Part shown: one piece after another, positions 61,650-64,000 of the stretch | Position numbering within the stretch: position 1 is the first letter of the stretch | Layout: every line of letters begins with the position of its first letter | Source: Neoechinorhynchus agilis | Taxonomy: Eukaryota; Animalia; Acanthocephala | Length of the DNA stretch: 64,000 nucleotides | Assembly (NCBI GenBank): GCA_051530055.1 | Contig: CM121342.1 | Coordinates: 13,965,480 to 14,029,479 of the forward strand | Direction: 5' to 3' | Position numbers and translations under genes: made by a program | Notes under the pieces: model-generated | Database searches by the model: none | The model's input: only the letters and a program-made list of their open reading frames with translations | What the model was told of the DNA's origin: nothing

Positions 61650-62182
61650 AAGATGTTTTCAAGACATGTCAAAGTTTGGGATATACAATCACCGAACGAT
61701 TGTAGAAAATCGATGACCAATATGCTGTAAAATAAACAAGAGATCTTAGGGTTCTCAACGTTTGATGCAAGACGTCAAAACAGAGCTCAAAACGTCCGTT
61801 CTTGAATTAATAAAGAAAATTAAGCGATACCTTACGAAACTGTAACTTCGATATAGAACAAAAAAGTAATCATAAACTGAGTTTTTCACTCAACGGCAAT
61901 CGTCCTCGTCTGATATCATCAGACAATAGATCCATCAAAAATATTGTCTTTAGGAGAAAAGACAATTTAAAGTAAAATTATGCAAACCTGTTTAAACCCT
62001 CAATGAAACGTTTTATTTGGTAAAATACAAGCTACCGAAACATGCATCTCAGGCATCTAGTGAAAATTGTAACTTGTAAACTTTAGGCGGATTGTTCCAT
62101 CTTTGCCGCTCATAAACGTTAAGTTGTAAGATTGATGTTGTTTTCTGTTCTTTCCTGCGAATCAATTCACATTTGGAGGATT

Positions 62183-63365
62183 TAGCGGTGGAGAACCAAG
62201 AGCGAAGAAACGGCGGACTGTAAGGCGGAAAATGTTGGGACGGCACGAGTGTTGTAAGTGTGAGTAAAATGAGAAATGTGTGGTAGAAATGGAGGAGGGA
62301 GAGAATGAAGAAGCTCTGAGTACTTTTGGAATATTAGAGCGAGGTGTTTTCCTAAAGGCATGAGTTTGAGAAGCAGATTAGAGCACATCGCTTGTGAAAG
62401 ATGTTAGATTTTTGGAATAGATAAGAAGAAAAATTGCAAAAGATTGGGTATGTGCAGGTGAGCGTTATAATAATAACACGTTTATTTGTTAATTAACAAA
62501 GAATAGGATCCATGTACCTTTGCGTCCTCATAAACACTCGAGTTCTGATTTGTTCAATGAATGCGTTTGTTGATTTTGGAGTGGATTACGAGTTCGATGG
62601 GGTGGGAATATCCGGTCGGGGAATGTCCGTTCGGATGGGGATTGGCGATTATTGTTTGCATGATAGCTTGTGAGGTTGGTCTTTCCTCAGGTTCATTTAG
62701 TGCTATGATATTTGAGAATATGGAAAAAGGAGCGGAGATGGAGGGAGGTGCGAGGTTGAGGGAGGATGAAATAAATTGGGATTACGGGTGTTGTGCTGAT
62801 GTGAAAATGGGAATAAATTATGGTAAAAATTGTGGTGGTAGGGCAGAGAGCTGTTTAAAAATTTTGAGGTATTCAGTGAGAGGGGAAATCATCTGTGCAA
62901 ATTTAGAATATCCTCTATGAAAAGTTTCAAGGCGACGGGTTTGTGATTTGGACATGTTGCAAAAGGTGGAATAGCCGTAAAACGAAGGGATTCTTAAATG
63001 GATAGGCGCTTGAGGAAATTCCAATTAAGATTTGATTGAAACTGAAAACATAAAATTCTGAGGAAGGTGACTCGTAGGATGTCATTCGGAAGCTCGGGAT
63101 AGGATATTGGAATGCGGGAGATTGAGGGGATCACTTCGAAGCATTTAGAGAAGTTCAGGTAGAGTTTGTGGTTGATGCAGAGATCTTCGATGCGTGTGAT
63201 TTTGTTAGAAGTTAAAACGAAGAAGGGTGTGACGGTGATTGCGTGGCGAGGATGAGATCGTCGGCACATAAGAAAAGTTTAGAGTGAGACCAGAAGGATT
63301 TAAGTTCGTATAAGAAAATATTAAAAAGAAGTGGTGAAGGGGACGGGTGTCTTTGGTGATGGTGT
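62183..63365 (-). mobile_element. 5'-truncated L2-like LINE (about 62466-63365) plus a second tandem 3' coding fragment (about 62183-62460)
   Basis: SPLLFNIF..LFLCADDLI, LNFSKCFE and LNW. The 3' UTR and tail are homologous to 4050-4331. The second piece has the HTYNTR motif. Confidence 0.85.
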
Positions 63366-63395
63366 TCGAGAAGGTAACCCGGCAATGAGTTTATC

Positions 63396-63720
63396 GGAAT
63401 TATTGTTTAGGTCTACACCCGGTGAATGAATATTTATTAAAGACGCTTCGAACATCGTCGGATTCATCATCAGTTCTAAAATATAAGTGTTTAAGTAATT
63501 ATTACGCTCTCACACGTATTTATGGCCCATAGTGTTGTTTCATTTCGGTTAGCTATGAAGACAGAGTTTGTAGCTTCGTTGGTCATTCATGTCCGGTTTC
63601 TGTTCTTTAATTAAGAAGGCTCGAAAGTTATTGCGTTCACTTGCTATAACCAATGTTTGCTCGTAATTGACCACTGGCCAGTTTGTATATTGTGTAGTGC
63701 AATATTCGACGCTATTACCG
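63396..63720 (-). mobile_element. Penelope-like element 3' end: GIY-YIG C-terminus (stop at 63549-63551), hammerhead-like motif (63442-63473), AATAAA and pLTR tail
   Basis: NWPVVNYEQTLVIASERNNFRAFLIKEQKPDMNDQRSYKLCLHS* resembles the end of PLE GIY-YIG domains (..IL..E..R..E..LIK..KP.LN). About 75 nt downstream lies CTGATGAtGAATccgacgatGTTCGAAGCGTCtttAATAAA. Confidence 0.75.
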
Positions 63721-63732
63721 GGTTGCGCGGCA

Positions 63733-63950
63733 AGTTTTGACTTCGATGGAAAGTATTATGTGTTCAAAATAGCCAAGGGTTCACCTATTGCCCCAGCTTT
63801 CGCTAATCGTTTCATGGGTCACTTGGAAAAAGCGCGCCATGCGTTTAGACCGAAATCGGAAGAGGCCTGGAGGAGCAGTGAGCTCTTTACGGAGTCGAAT
63901 GCTTTCGATAAGTCCAGTACTTTCGAAGTATTTAGGATCTTTGGATGACA
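63733..63950 (+). mobile_element. Penelope-like reverse transcriptase fragment, inverted relative to the GIY-YIG end
   Basis: SFDFDGKYY...AKGSPIAPAFANRFMGHLEK matches the PLE RT motif F.F.G..Y.Q..G.AMGSP.AP..AN.FM..LE. A degenerate LDDI follows in another frame. Confidence 0.8.
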
Positions 63951-64000
63951 TTCCAAGGAATCGGAAGCGCTTATCAATTAATCACAAACCCAAAAGTATT

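Overview
Eukaryotic, AT-rich, compact window from a fast-evolving animal genome. A delta-type protocadherin, a forkhead gene and short GT-AG introns (about 44-75 nt where I could place them) point to a metazoan that is probably not an arthropod or nematode; the species cannot be determined from sequence alone. Recognisable genes: TMEM205-like, PRORP/MRPP3, VPS53, protocadherin, thioredoxin-fold protein, secreted PEBP, hexokinase, ACBP, a short poly(A) polymerase paralogue, POLR3K, WDR82, SLC8B1/NCLX, an atypical DUSP and a divergent forkhead gene. These are interspersed with decayed retroelements: L2/CR1-like LINEs, an RTE LINE, at least seven CRE-clade (RLE) fragments, and Penelope-like RT and GIY-YIG remnants. 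There are also several fold-back/MITE-like families. The main unexplained structure is a dispersed family of Penelope-derived terminal repeats carrying a minimal type I hammerhead ribozyme motif (CUGANGA...GAAAC-GUC). It occurs directly behind a Penelope GIY-YIG ORF end (63.4-63.7 kb), as head-to-head palindromes (25.5 and 39.7 kb; one arm at 25.5 kb keeps an intact catalytic core), and as the building block of a near-perfect 418-bp tandem array (8.6-10.8 kb) in which the core is mutated. All translations, alignments and folds were done by eye; no database search or folding program was run.
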